From Candidatus Magasanikiibacteriota bacterium (GTDB lineage Bacteria; Patescibacteriota; Patescibacteriia; Magasanikbacterales; UBA922), in NCBI GenBank assembly GCA_041674805.1, contig JBAYVA010000001.1, positions 390,612 to 454,611 of the forward strand: a stretch of 64,000 nucleotides of DNA. Direction: 5' to 3'. The position numbers and the translations under genes are program-made. The notes below the pieces were generated by a model. That model was given only the letters and a program-made list of their open reading frames with translations. It was not told the DNA's origin and did no database searches. How positions within the stretch are numbered: the stretch's first letter is position 1; every line of letters starts with the position of its first letter. Positions 8,600-16,914 of this stretch are shown here, one piece after another.

Positions 8600-11500
8600 T
8601 TGGTATTATACACACAATATTTAATGCAATCTCTTATGCTAGAAATACCACGTTATTCTCCTTTTGACACTCCCAAAAGTAATGATGAGCTATATATAGA
8701 AATAGAAAATATTCTAAATAATCTAGAAGCAACTCTGGCTATTTTTGAATTGGAACAAGACAAAACCAAAGCCAGACAAGTAGGAATTTTAATTTACGAA
8801 CTAAAAAATCAACAAACTTTAATCAATGCCGAAAATCACAAAAAAGTTGGAAAATTGACTAAGCGAGAAAAAATAGAAAATTTACTTTCACAAGCCAGAG
8901 AGATTTTGCAAGGCAATGAATCATCCCTGTCAAGATTTGATCTAGAAAGAGAAAGTGAAATATCGCACATTCCCCTACCACCCGAAGAACTAGAAGCTAA
9001 ATATTTTAGCAAAGAAGATATTGCCGTTTCAAATGCTCTACTTGCTTTCAACATCACTGAACTTTTTTCAGAAGAAGAATTTGAAACACGAATTATTATT
9101 GATTCGAAACAAACTGGCAAAAATGACAATCACAAAATTCAAGAAGCGGTAGAACTAGTCACAGATTTTTTGATTGATAATCAGACCCTTAATTATTTTT
9201 GTGAAAATGCTGAATTTGCTACCACTCAAACAGCAATCAACATGCCACCAGATTTACTTTGGATAAAAGAAAAGAATCCCGCAGTTTGGCAAGCTATCAA
9301 TACTTTAGTCAAAAGTAAAAAAGGTCCAGAATTTTTGAGACTACTCGCTGGTCAACCGACCCACAATACAGCAGTAGAAGAAACTGATCAATATGATCTC
9401 ATGGCAAAAGAGTCTCTAGATGCTTCTCCCAATATTTTGAGTCTAGCCATAAATATATCAAGACAAAGATTGAAAAGTAGTGCAAGACAAGATTTGAGTG
9501 AAGCTGAAAAAAATGTTTTGGTGAATCTTTATGGTGCAGATTTTCTAAAAGACGCTGAAGAAGAAAGAGCCCGAGATATTATTTTTACACAATTACTTGC
9601 TCAGATTTTGAATGAAGATAAAAATGAAAAAAATAATGAGTCAATAATTCAACTTATTGATATGTTAGAATGGAGAGATATACAAAAAATGTTAAAAAAT
9701 AATGATTTGAAAAATTTTGAAAGTATTCTAAAACGTATAGCAGAATACCTACCAAATATGACAGACGAACAAGTGAAAATGGTGTTAGAAAAAATGAATA
9801 CTATCACAAAAGAAGCATTAGCTGAACCTGATAAAATACAAAAAAGAAAAGATGACGCACAAAAAAGAAAGGAAAAATTAGAACAAGACCTAGAAGAAGC
9901 ACAAAAAAATGGTGATAAAAAAATTCTAATGTTTTTAACATTAGGATTCTTTGGTTCAAGAGAGAGACGAATACCAGCAACTACAGAAAAAATTGAAGAT
10001 GTAGGAATAAAATTTTTAGAAGAAAGAAAAAATTATCAAACATCTCTAAAATTGTTATTCCTTCTATTAAAGCACAACGGGAATATTGCCAAAGAATTAA
10101 CAAAAAAAGAAGATTGGGAAAAAAGAAACAAAGAATTCGCAGATTTTTGTATCCAAATATTATATCTTTACTCTAAATTACAAAAATATCCTTCATATCG
10201 TGAAGATACCAAAGATGGTAATATAAACAATTTTGATGGTTTTGTAACAAGTTATATAAAAGTAACTACTGAATCTAAATTACCTACAGATAAAGAATTA
10301 AATTTAAATGGAGCTTCACTTGTTGGTGCAGATTTCAGAAAAGCAGACTTATCCAAAATAAATTTGGAAGGTGCTGATGTTACAAATGCTAATTTTGAAG
10401 GTGCAGATTTTAGCAAGATGACTAACAAACAAATAGAAGGAGCAAAGTTTAATAGAGAAGATGATAATATTCCTAAGTGGATCAAATATGGTTTAGATGA
10501 AGAAGGAAAGTTTTCAAAACAAAAACTACAAGAAACTATTAGAGAGAAATCTAAAACAGAAACTATAGACTTACAAGATGCTAAACTGATGGGACTAGAT
10601 TTATCAAATTTAAATTTATCAAATGCTAATTTTAGAAACTCAAATTTAAGTAGAGTAATATTTACAAATACAATTTTGATGGGTGCTGACTTTAGAGGTG
10701 CTCATATAGAAAGTTTACAATTAGCAAACACAAATCTAGAAGGTGCCAAATTTGATAAAGAAACCATTAACCCATTTAAAAAAACAAAACTAGCCAACGA
10801 ATCTAACTATAGACCAGAAAGTGTACCGAAATGGATCCAGCAGGCATTAGATACAGAAGGAAAATTTTCAAAAAAAATATTAGCTGATAATATCAAAAAA
10901 GATAAAAAGGGAGAAATAAAATTAAACAATGCAGATCTATCAGGATTATCATTGAATGGCGTAGATTTTTCTGGAAGAGAAATCACTGGTACAAAATTTA
11001 TCGGTACAAATCTAGAAGAATCCAAATGGAATAATTGTATATTAACTAATGTTGATTTTAGTGATGCAAACTTATACGAGGCTGATTTCAGAAGCACAAG
11101 CTTCAAAAATGTTAATCTTGAAGGTGCAAGATTTGAAACAATAAAAATAAAAGATTCAAATAATATTCCACCTTGGATACGATATGGTTTGGATAATCCA
11201 GGACGTTCAGGAAAATATTCCAAAAAAGACTTAATAGAATATATAAAAAGACATAGCACTCTAAATCTGAGAAATGCTGACCTGCCAGGGATTGATTTAA
11301 GTAAATTTGAATTAAATGGTGCATTATTCAGCGGTGCAAATTTAGAAGGAGCAATTTTTACTAATTGTTTATTGAAAAAAACAGAATTTGCATCTGCACA
11401 ATTAGAAAATGCTAGCTTCAGAGGTTCAATTCTAGAAGAATCCGACTTTGCCAATGCAAATTTACGTGGAGCAAATTTTAGTGGTGCTGACTTAAAAGAT

Positions 11501-11659
11501 GTAAAAAACTTAGATGGAGCCTATACCCCCGTACGCGTTGGTATTCAAAGAGAAACTGAATATTTTAATTCAAATTTAGTTGGTGCAAACTTCTCAAATG
11601 CAAAAAATATACCACCACACATCCAAGAACGATTAGACGAAAACGGTATATACCACTAA
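8600..11659 (+). CDS. large modular pentapeptide-repeat protein (1019 aa)
   Basis: C-terminal ~480 aa are dense pentapeptide repeats (ASLVGADFRKADLSKINLEGADVTNANFEGADFSKM...). They are organised in three super-modules that each begin with IP(K/P)WI(K/Q/R)YGLD..GKFSKK.L....I. N-terminal ~560 aa are helical with no recognised domain. Confidence 0.75.
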   Translation: MVLYTQYLMQSLMLEIPRYSPFDTPKSNDELYIEIENILNNLEATLAIFELEQDKTKARQVGILIYELKNQQTLINAENHKKVGKLTKREKIENLLSQAREILQGNESSLSRFDLERESEISHIPLPPEELEAKYFSKEDIAVSNALLAFNITELFSEEEFETRIIIDSKQTGKNDNHKIQEAVELVTDFLIDNQTLNYFCENAEFATTQTAINMPPDLLWIKEKNPAVWQAINTLVKSKKGPEFLRLLAGQPTHNTAVEETDQYDLMAKESLDASPNILSLAINISRQRLKSSARQDLSEAEKNVLVNLYGADFLKDAEEERARDIIFTQLLAQILNEDKNEKNNESIIQLIDMLEWRDIQKMLKNNDLKNFESILKRIAEYLPNMTDEQVKMVLEKMNTITKEALAEPDKIQKRKDDAQKRKEKLEQDLEEAQKNGDKKILMFLTLGFFGSRERRIPATTEKIEDVGIKFLEERKNYQTSLKLLFLLLKHNGNIAKELTKKEDWEKRNKEFADFCIQILYLYSKLQKYPSYREDTKDGNINNFDGFVTSYIKVTTESKLPTDKELNLNGASLVGADFRKADLSKINLEGADVTNANFEGADFSKMTNKQIEGAKFNREDDNIPKWIKYGLDEEGKFSKQKLQETIREKSKTETIDLQDAKLMGLDLSNLNLSNANFRNSNLSRVIFTNTILMGADFRGAHIESLQLANTNLEGAKFDKETINPFKKTKLANESNYRPESVPKWIQQALDTEGKFSKKILADNIKKDKKGEIKLNNADLSGLSLNGVDFSGREITGTKFIGTNLEESKWNNCILTNVDFSDANLYEADFRSTSFKNVNLEGARFETIKIKDSNNIPPWIRYGLDNPGRSGKYSKKDLIEYIKRHSTLNLRNADLPGIDLSKFELNGALFSGANLEGAIFTNCLLKKTEFASAQLENASFRGSILEESDFANANLRGANFSGADLKDVKNLDGAYTPVRVGIQRETEYFNSNLVGANFSNAKNIPPHIQERLDENGIYH

Positions 11660-11670
11660 AAACCTCCACA

Positions 11671-11698
11671 AAAAAGCCTTGTCTAAAGGCTTTTTTTG
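11671..11698 (+). terminator. rho-independent terminator after the pentapeptide-repeat gene
   Basis: AAAGCCTT-gtcta-AAGGCTTT followed by TTTTGTG, read directly. Confidence 0.7.
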
Positions 11699-11778
11699 TG
11701 CTAAACTAGATTTATTAGTTAAATATAGATATTCTTGTAAGTATTTATTATTTTTGTTAAAGAAGTTTTGACTTGAAA

Positions 11779-11825
11779 AAGATCCCTCGTCGTATTCTCG
11801 ACTCAGGATGACGAATACCCTTATG
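11779..11825 (+). promoter_or_regulatory. mraY 5' leader: GATCCC - short CG hairpin - CTCAGGATGA ahead of the start
   Basis: aaaGATCCCtcgtcgtattctcgactcAGGATGAcgaataccctt ATG. Same architecture as the murB and GT2 leaders (see findings). Confidence 0.35.
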
Positions 11826-12953
11826 CTAATACCTTTAGAATCACTAAATCTACTCAGACAGGCCATTTTCTTTGGTCTGGTTTCTTGTGTTTTAGCTTTT
11901 CTTTGGGCTCCACTTTTAACCAAATTAATGTACAAATACAAGCTGACTAGATGTCCGGAATATGATGCTACTCTAGCCATGGGAGCAAGAAAAAGCAAAA
12001 TAGGTGTGCCAGTCATGGGAGGTCTTCTCGTCATTGTGACTGTTGCTGTCATCACAATTGCTTTCAACTGGGAAAGAAAATTCACTTGGGTACCAATTGG
12101 CGTCATGCTTCTCGCTGCCCTACTTGGTGGTATTGATGACGTCATGAATATCTACGGACACAAAAGACGCAGTCGCAAACTCAAACAAATTTTGACACTT
12201 ATCAAAGTCCACAAAGATTGGAAAATGCGTGTCTGGTATGCTCTCACTTTACCTTGGTCAATCTTCAAACGTACTTCTACTTTTCTTTCACGTCATCCTG
12301 GCAAAGGTATTCACGTTCATGAAAAATTATTATTGCAATTCTTGGCTGGAACCATTACCGCTTGGTGGATTTATTTCAAACTTGGTGAAAGCTGGCGCGA
12401 AATCCACATTCCTTTTGATGGCTTCATCAATATTGGTTGGTGGATCATTCCTCTGATTATCTTCTTCGTCATGTTTACTGCCAATGCGGTCAATGTCGCC
12501 GATGGTATGGATGGACTTGCAGGAGGATCTCTGATTATCACTTTTGCTGTCCTCACTATTCTCAGTTGGTTGGCAGGTTTCAAAGAAATGGCTTTTCTAA
12601 ACGCCACCACTGTTGGTGCGCTACTTACTTATACTTATTTCAATATCAAACCAGCTCGTTTCCAGATGGGCGATGTTGGCTCACTCGGGCTAGGGTCTTT
12701 GCTGGCTATCAATACCATAGTTCTCAATCAAATGTTACTTTTGCCTTTATTTGGTTTTATTTTTTATGTAGAAATTTTAAGTGTTGTCATCCAAATTTTT
12801 GGTCGCCAACTCTTGGGCAGAAGAATTTTCAAGATGGCACCAATACATTATCACTTCGAAATGCGTGGCTGGAATGAAGAAAAGACTGTGATGCGTTTCT
12901 GGCTTATTCATGCGGCGTTTGTGTTGCTTGGACTTTGGATATCACTTTATTAA
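11808..12953 (+). CDS. mraY: phospho-N-acetylmuramoyl-pentapeptide transferase MraY
   Basis: NAVNVADGMDGLAGG, PARFQMGDVGSLGLGSLLA, APIHYHFE and about 10 TM helices. The start may be the ATG at 11823 (MLIPLES...) rather than 11808. Local GC is higher than in neighbouring genes. Confidence 0.9.
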   Translation: MTNTLMLIPLESLNLLRQAIFFGLVSCVLAFLWAPLLTKLMYKYKLTRCPEYDATLAMGARKSKIGVPVMGGLLVIVTVAVITIAFNWERKFTWVPIGVMLLAALLGGIDDVMNIYGHKRRSRKLKQILTLIKVHKDWKMRVWYALTLPWSIFKRTSTFLSRHPGKGIHVHEKLLLQFLAGTITAWWIYFKLGESWREIHIPFDGFINIGWWIIPLIIFFVMFTANAVNVADGMDGLAGGSLIITFAVLTILSWLAGFKEMAFLNATTVGALLTYTYFNIKPARFQMGDVGSLGLGSLLAINTIVLNQMLLLPLFGFIFYVEILSVVIQIFGRQLLGRRIFKMAPIHYHFEMRGWNEEKTVMRFWLIHAAFVLLGLWISLY

Positions 12954-12993
12954 GCAAAATAAGTTTATAAGCAGAATAGGCAGAATAACTATT

Positions 12994-13293
12994 ATGAAAA
13001 TAAAAAAATCTTTTTTCAATATTTTTATTATATTATCAATTGTTATTTTTGTTTTTATTGGATACGAAATGATTAGAGTTAAAAATAGTGATCATAATGT
13101 GTTTCAAAGATGCCGATATAGATTTTTTTATGAACATTGGCAATGTATATCAGAGAAATTTAAAGAAAAAAATCATTGCAATATAATACAAAATAAAAAT
13201 TTTTGTTCAATAAACCCTGGTTGCTCTTGGCTATCTTGTTCTGCTTATGGTTACAGTGTATGTGATAAAAAAGGCACTCCAATACCCTGTTAA
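12994..13293 (+). CDS. small secreted/membrane-anchored cysteine-rich protein (~99 aa, 8 Cys)
   Basis: MKIKKSFFNIFIILSIVIFVFIGYEMI (signal anchor), then RCRY..QCIS..HCNI..FCSI..GCSW..SCSA..VCDK..IPC. Start chosen at the internal Met because the track ORF (12910) overlaps the mraY 3' end. Confidence 0.45.
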   Translation: MKIKKSFFNIFIILSIVIFVFIGYEMIRVKNSDHNVFQRCRYRFFYEHWQCISEKFKEKNHCNIIQNKNFCSINPGCSWLSCSAYGYSVCDKKGTPIPC

Positions 13294-13305
13294 TAAATCT
13301 TAAAT

Positions 13306-13971
13306 ATGAACAAGTATTTAAAATGGAACGAACAAACAATCCAAGATTTTTCTCCCGAAAACATCAATAGTCTTTACAACCAAGGCTATGTTTTTACTAG
13401 AGTGGAAAAAGGTATGATGAACCAAACCAGAAGTCTAAGAATTGATTTGTCTAAATTTGAATTGTCATCTGAAAATAGAAGAGTCTTGCGCAAAGCAGAA
13501 AATTTAAAACTTGAAATAAAAGATTTACCGACGTCAGATTATCATTGGACTCTTGGCAAATTGGCCAAAGATTTTTATGATACCAAATTTGGCGATGGAG
13601 TATTTTCAGCCAACAAAGTAAAAGAGATCCTAACAACACAACAAAATTTCAACAAACTTTTTGTTTACAAAGTTGCAGAAAAAAAAATTGGTTACACTAT
13701 TTGTTTTGAATCTGCAGAAATGTTGCATTATAGCTATCCATTCTATAACCTAGAACCTAACACCCAAAACCCAATACCTAGTCTTGGCATGTCGATGATG
13801 CTGAGTGCAATTGTCTACGCACAAGAAAATAACAAAAAATATATTTATCTTGGTTCAGCTCAACGTCCGACAGATATTTATAAATTGCAATTCAAAGGAT
13901 TAGAGTGGTTTGATGGTGAGAAATGGAGTGAAGATTTGGAGGAGTTGAAAAGTATTTTGAAAGCAAAATAA
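13306..13971 (+). CDS. Ate1/Bpt-family (arginyl/leucyl-tRNA--protein transferase-like, GNAT fold) homologue lacking the CxxC zinc-binding cysteines
   Basis: NQGYVFTRVEKGMMNQTRSLRIDLSKFELSSENRRVLRK matches the ATE_N signature region (…GWRRSGKY.YKP.MNQTCCPQYTIR…F.PSKS.+KVLKK) with Cys replaced. 221 aa, about Bpt size. FemX-like is an alternative given its position between mraY and the Mur ligase. Confidence 0.45.
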   Translation: MNKYLKWNEQTIQDFSPENINSLYNQGYVFTRVEKGMMNQTRSLRIDLSKFELSSENRRVLRKAENLKLEIKDLPTSDYHWTLGKLAKDFYDTKFGDGVFSANKVKEILTTQQNFNKLFVYKVAEKKIGYTICFESAEMLHYSYPFYNLEPNTQNPIPSLGMSMMLSAIVYAQENNKKYIYLGSAQRPTDIYKLQFKGLEWFDGEKWSEDLEELKSILKAK

Positions 13972-13995
13972 AAAAAATAATCTAACAAAATAATT

Positions 13996-14742
13996 ATGAA
14001 TGAAGAAAACACAACTACTAATAAAACATTCAGAATATATAATAGCGTAATAATATTTGATATTCTTTGGTTGTCAACAACATTAATAATTACACTGTTT
14101 TTATTTTCCTCAACATTTAATATAACAAGTATTTTTTTAGGTATTTTTTCTTTAGCCTTTACTATATTCATGATTATAAAAATAATAAAAGATGCCTCAT
14201 ATAAAATAATTTTAGATAATAATATATTAAAAGAATACAATTATTCTGCACCTACTTTAAGAAGTATAGAAATAAAAGATATAACACATATTTCTCAAGT
14301 AGAGTACTCTGTATTAGAAGAAATAAAACAAGATAAAAACAATTCACCTTTTATACAAATAATCAATCAAATATTATCAAAAATTTTTACATTATTACTT
14401 AAAAAGTCTACAGAGCATACAGACATGCCTATGTTTGTACTTCAAGGTAATTTCAAAATCTCAAGATTTCCATCAGTTCCTGTTAATATAAAATTAATAC
14501 AAAGACTCATTGAATTGAATCCATCTATTATAGTAGACAAAAAATTAAGAAGGTGGTTACCAAAAAAACTTCAAAAGCAATTAAACATGCACCCTACAAA
14601 ACTAGAATATACATTTGAAATTATTGGAAAAATACTAATATCCATACTAATTGTCTTAATAATATTATGGGCAATTCCACTAACTTTTTTTTTACTAGAT
14701 AAAATTGGAATTTTAAATACTATACAAAATTTGATAAAATAG
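13996..14742 (+). CDS. hypothetical integral membrane protein (very AT-rich)
   Basis: 248 aa, N- and C-terminal TM helices; no recognised family. Confidence 0.4.
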   Translation: MNEENTTTNKTFRIYNSVIIFDILWLSTTLIITLFLFSSTFNITSIFLGIFSLAFTIFMIIKIIKDASYKIILDNNILKEYNYSAPTLRSIEIKDITHISQVEYSVLEEIKQDKNNSPFIQIINQILSKIFTLLLKKSTEHTDMPMFVLQGNFKISRFPSVPVNIKLIQRLIELNPSIIVDKKLRRWLPKKLQKQLNMHPTKLEYTFEIIGKILISILIVLIILWAIPLTFFLLDKIGILNTIQNLIK

Positions 14743-14776
14743 CTGAATCTGCTGATTTTTCTAAATAGTTTTAATT

Positions 14777-16180
14777 ATGCAAAAACAAAAACATATACAT
14801 TTCATCGGCATCTGCGGAGTAGCAATGAGTGCCCTCGCAATCGCTTTCCACAAACGCGGATATACAGTTACTGGAAGCGATAAAGGCTTCTATCCTCCAG
14901 TTTCAACTTATCTAAAAGATGCAGGTGTACCTTATTATCCAGGTTGGCACGTTGAAAAAATGACGAAAAACGGCGATCCAGATTTGATAATCGTCGGCAA
15001 TGTTGCAGGCTCAAACAATCCCGAATGGATGTACACCCAAGAAAAAAAACTAAACTACAAATCTTATCCAGAAGCTATTGCTGAATTTTTTGTCAAAGAA
15101 AATTCTATTGTCTGCGCGGGAACATTTGGTAAGACTACGACTACTTCCCTACTCGCTTGGATTTTGCAAGAAAATGATTTTGATCCAAGCTATATGTTTG
15201 GTGGTATTAGTCTAAACGATATGCCAGCAGCCAAATTGACTGACTCAAAATATTCTGTGCTTGAAGGTGATGAATACAAAAGTGCTCGTTGGGATGATGG
15301 TGCCAAATTTTTTCACTACTCACCTACTCACCTACTTTTGACTTCTGTAGTTTGGGATCATGCTGATGTCTATCCAACAGAACAATCTTATTTCACAGCT
15401 TTTGAAAAACTACTCAGCAACTTACCAGAATCTGGACTGCTCGTAACTAGCGAAAGAGTAAAAAAAGAAATGTTAGATTTTGCTAAATGCAAAATTATCA
15501 CTTACGGCAAAGATGCAAAAAATGATTATGTTTACCAAAATGTGACAGTAAACAAAACAGAAATAAAATTTGAAATAAAATATCAAGACCAAATTTTCCA
15601 AATCAATTCTCCTTTGCTTGGTGAATATTTGGTTGATAATATGACAGCTACTTTTGCCATGGCACACCAACTTGGTCTAGCACCTGACAAAATTATTCAA
15701 ACTACAAATACTTACAAAAATGTCAAAAGACGCTTGGAAAAAAGACTGGCTCTAGATATTACAGTCTTAGACGACATAGCTCATTCTCCACAAAAAGCTT
15801 CTTCTGTTTTGCAAACTCTAAAAAATATTTATTATGATGGCAAAGTAATAGCCATCTTTGAACCAAACTCAGGCAACAGACAAAAAGAAGCAATACCAGG
15901 CTATGATAACAAATTTTCTGATGCTGATTTAGTCATTATTCCCAAACTGACAGTAATCAAACAAACACCTGAAGAAGAAAAAGCTATTGAAGGAGAAGAA
16001 CTAACTGAAATAATTCGTAAGACACAAAAAAATGTAAAATATATTGATAATGATAATGAACTTGTTGATTATGTTGTCAAAATTGCTAAACCAAATGATG
16101 TGATTGCTTTCTTAGGTAGTCATGGCTTTCGTAATATGATTGAAGCAGTAGTAAAAGGCTTGAAAGGCTTAAAAAGCTAG
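14777..16180 (+). CDS. Mur ligase, MurC/Mpl family (sequence is closest to the Mpl type; by context the UDP-MurNAc--L-Ala ligase)
   Basis: IHFIGICGVAMSALAIAFHKRGYTVTGSDKGFYPPVST..., GTFGKTTTTSLLAWIL, VLEGDEYKSARWDDGAKFFHY.P..L.L..V.WDHADVY. The DEY..A.(F/W)D and YPP.ST motifs are Mpl-like rather than canonical MurC. Confidence 0.75.
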   Translation: MQKQKHIHFIGICGVAMSALAIAFHKRGYTVTGSDKGFYPPVSTYLKDAGVPYYPGWHVEKMTKNGDPDLIIVGNVAGSNNPEWMYTQEKKLNYKSYPEAIAEFFVKENSIVCAGTFGKTTTTSLLAWILQENDFDPSYMFGGISLNDMPAAKLTDSKYSVLEGDEYKSARWDDGAKFFHYSPTHLLLTSVVWDHADVYPTEQSYFTAFEKLLSNLPESGLLVTSERVKKEMLDFAKCKIITYGKDAKNDYVYQNVTVNKTEIKFEIKYQDQIFQINSPLLGEYLVDNMTATFAMAHQLGLAPDKIIQTTNTYKNVKRRLEKRLALDITVLDDIAHSPQKASSVLQTLKNIYYDGKVIAIFEPNSGNRQKEAIPGYDNKFSDADLVIIPKLTVIKQTPEEEKAIEGEELTEIIRKTQKNVKYIDNDNELVDYVVKIAKPNDVIAFLGSHGFRNMIEAVVKGLKGLKS

Positions 16181-16257
16181 AAAAGCCTGAAAGGCACAAT
16201 CAAAAATAATTCAAAAAAGCCTTTTAAGCCTTTCTGGCATTTCAGGCTTTTCCAGCA
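16154..16257. repeat. inverted pair of 9-nt-phased tandem arrays (AAAGGCTTN x5 ... GCCTTTNNN x5) overlapping the Mur-ligase stop codon
   Basis: aaaggcttg/aaaggctta/aaaagctag/aaaagcctg/aaaggc, then loop caatcaaaaataattcaaaa, then agcctttta/agcctttct/ggcatttca/ggcttttcc/agc. Can fold as a long imperfect hairpin. Same family as 20896-20942 and 54957-55027. Confidence 0.7.
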
Positions 16258-16266
16258 TTTGATTAT

Positions 16267-16821
16267 ATGAAAATTCCAAAAAACGCCAAAAAAGTTTTCA
16301 CCGGAGTTCTCTTCGATGTTTATCAATGGCCTCAAAAAATGTTTGATGGTACTTTTAAGACTTTTGAAAAACTATCAAGAAAACATAGTATACAAGTACT
16401 AGCAGTTACTACAGACAAAAAAATTATTGTTTTGAAAGAACAACATCCAGATATCAAACCTTTTTATGGTGTGATTGGTGGAGGACAAGAAGGCAAAGAA
16501 ACTCCACTACAAACTGCCAAAAGAGAACTACAAGAAGAAACAGGCTATACTGCAAAAAAATGGGAATTGATTGATAAGGAAACTCCTTCTAGCAAATTGG
16601 ACTGGACACTATACACATATCTAGCAAAAGATGCTGAAAAAACTCATGAACAAAAACTAGATTCAGGTGAAAAAGTAGAAGTCATGAAAGTAAGTTTTAC
16701 TGAGTTCATGAAATATGCTACTAATCACAATTTCATGTCTACTGGTCTTAGCTTTTATCTTCTCAAATTGAACTATCACAAAAAACTTGGGGAATTCAAG
16801 AAAAAACTTTTAAATAAATAA
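16267..16821 (+). CDS. NUDIX hydrolase
   Basis: Nudix box GGGQEGKETPLQTAKRELQEETGY. Confidence 0.75.
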   Translation: MKIPKNAKKVFTGVLFDVYQWPQKMFDGTFKTFEKLSRKHSIQVLAVTTDKKIIVLKEQHPDIKPFYGVIGGGQEGKETPLQTAKRELQEETGYTAKKWELIDKETPSSKLDWTLYTYLAKDAEKTHEQKLDSGEKVEVMKVSFTEFMKYATNHNFMSTGLSFYLLKLNYHKKLGEFKKKLLNK

Positions 16822-16850
16822 TTCAGTTTAAATCTGTTTGAATCAATGCA

Positions 16851-16877
16851 AAAAAAACAGACTCTCTTCAGAGTCTG
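16851..16877 (-). terminator. rho-independent terminator downstream of the LysW-like small gene
   Basis: CAGACTC-tcttca-GAGTCTG, followed on the minus strand by an 8-nt U tract (plus-strand CAAAAAAAA 16850-16858). Confidence 0.6.
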
Positions 16878-16914
16878 CGTAAATCCGCGTTATTTTCCGC
16901 GTAAGTCAGCTTCC

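Noticed and set aside
11633-12145. 170-aa minus-strand ORF antisense to mraY (likewise 12371-12610, 12437-12877, 4701-5114, 10807-11454, 19360-19827)
   Set aside because: These are antisense reading frames opened up by the locally higher GC of strongly conserved genes. They show no motifs and overlap confidently assigned CDSs.
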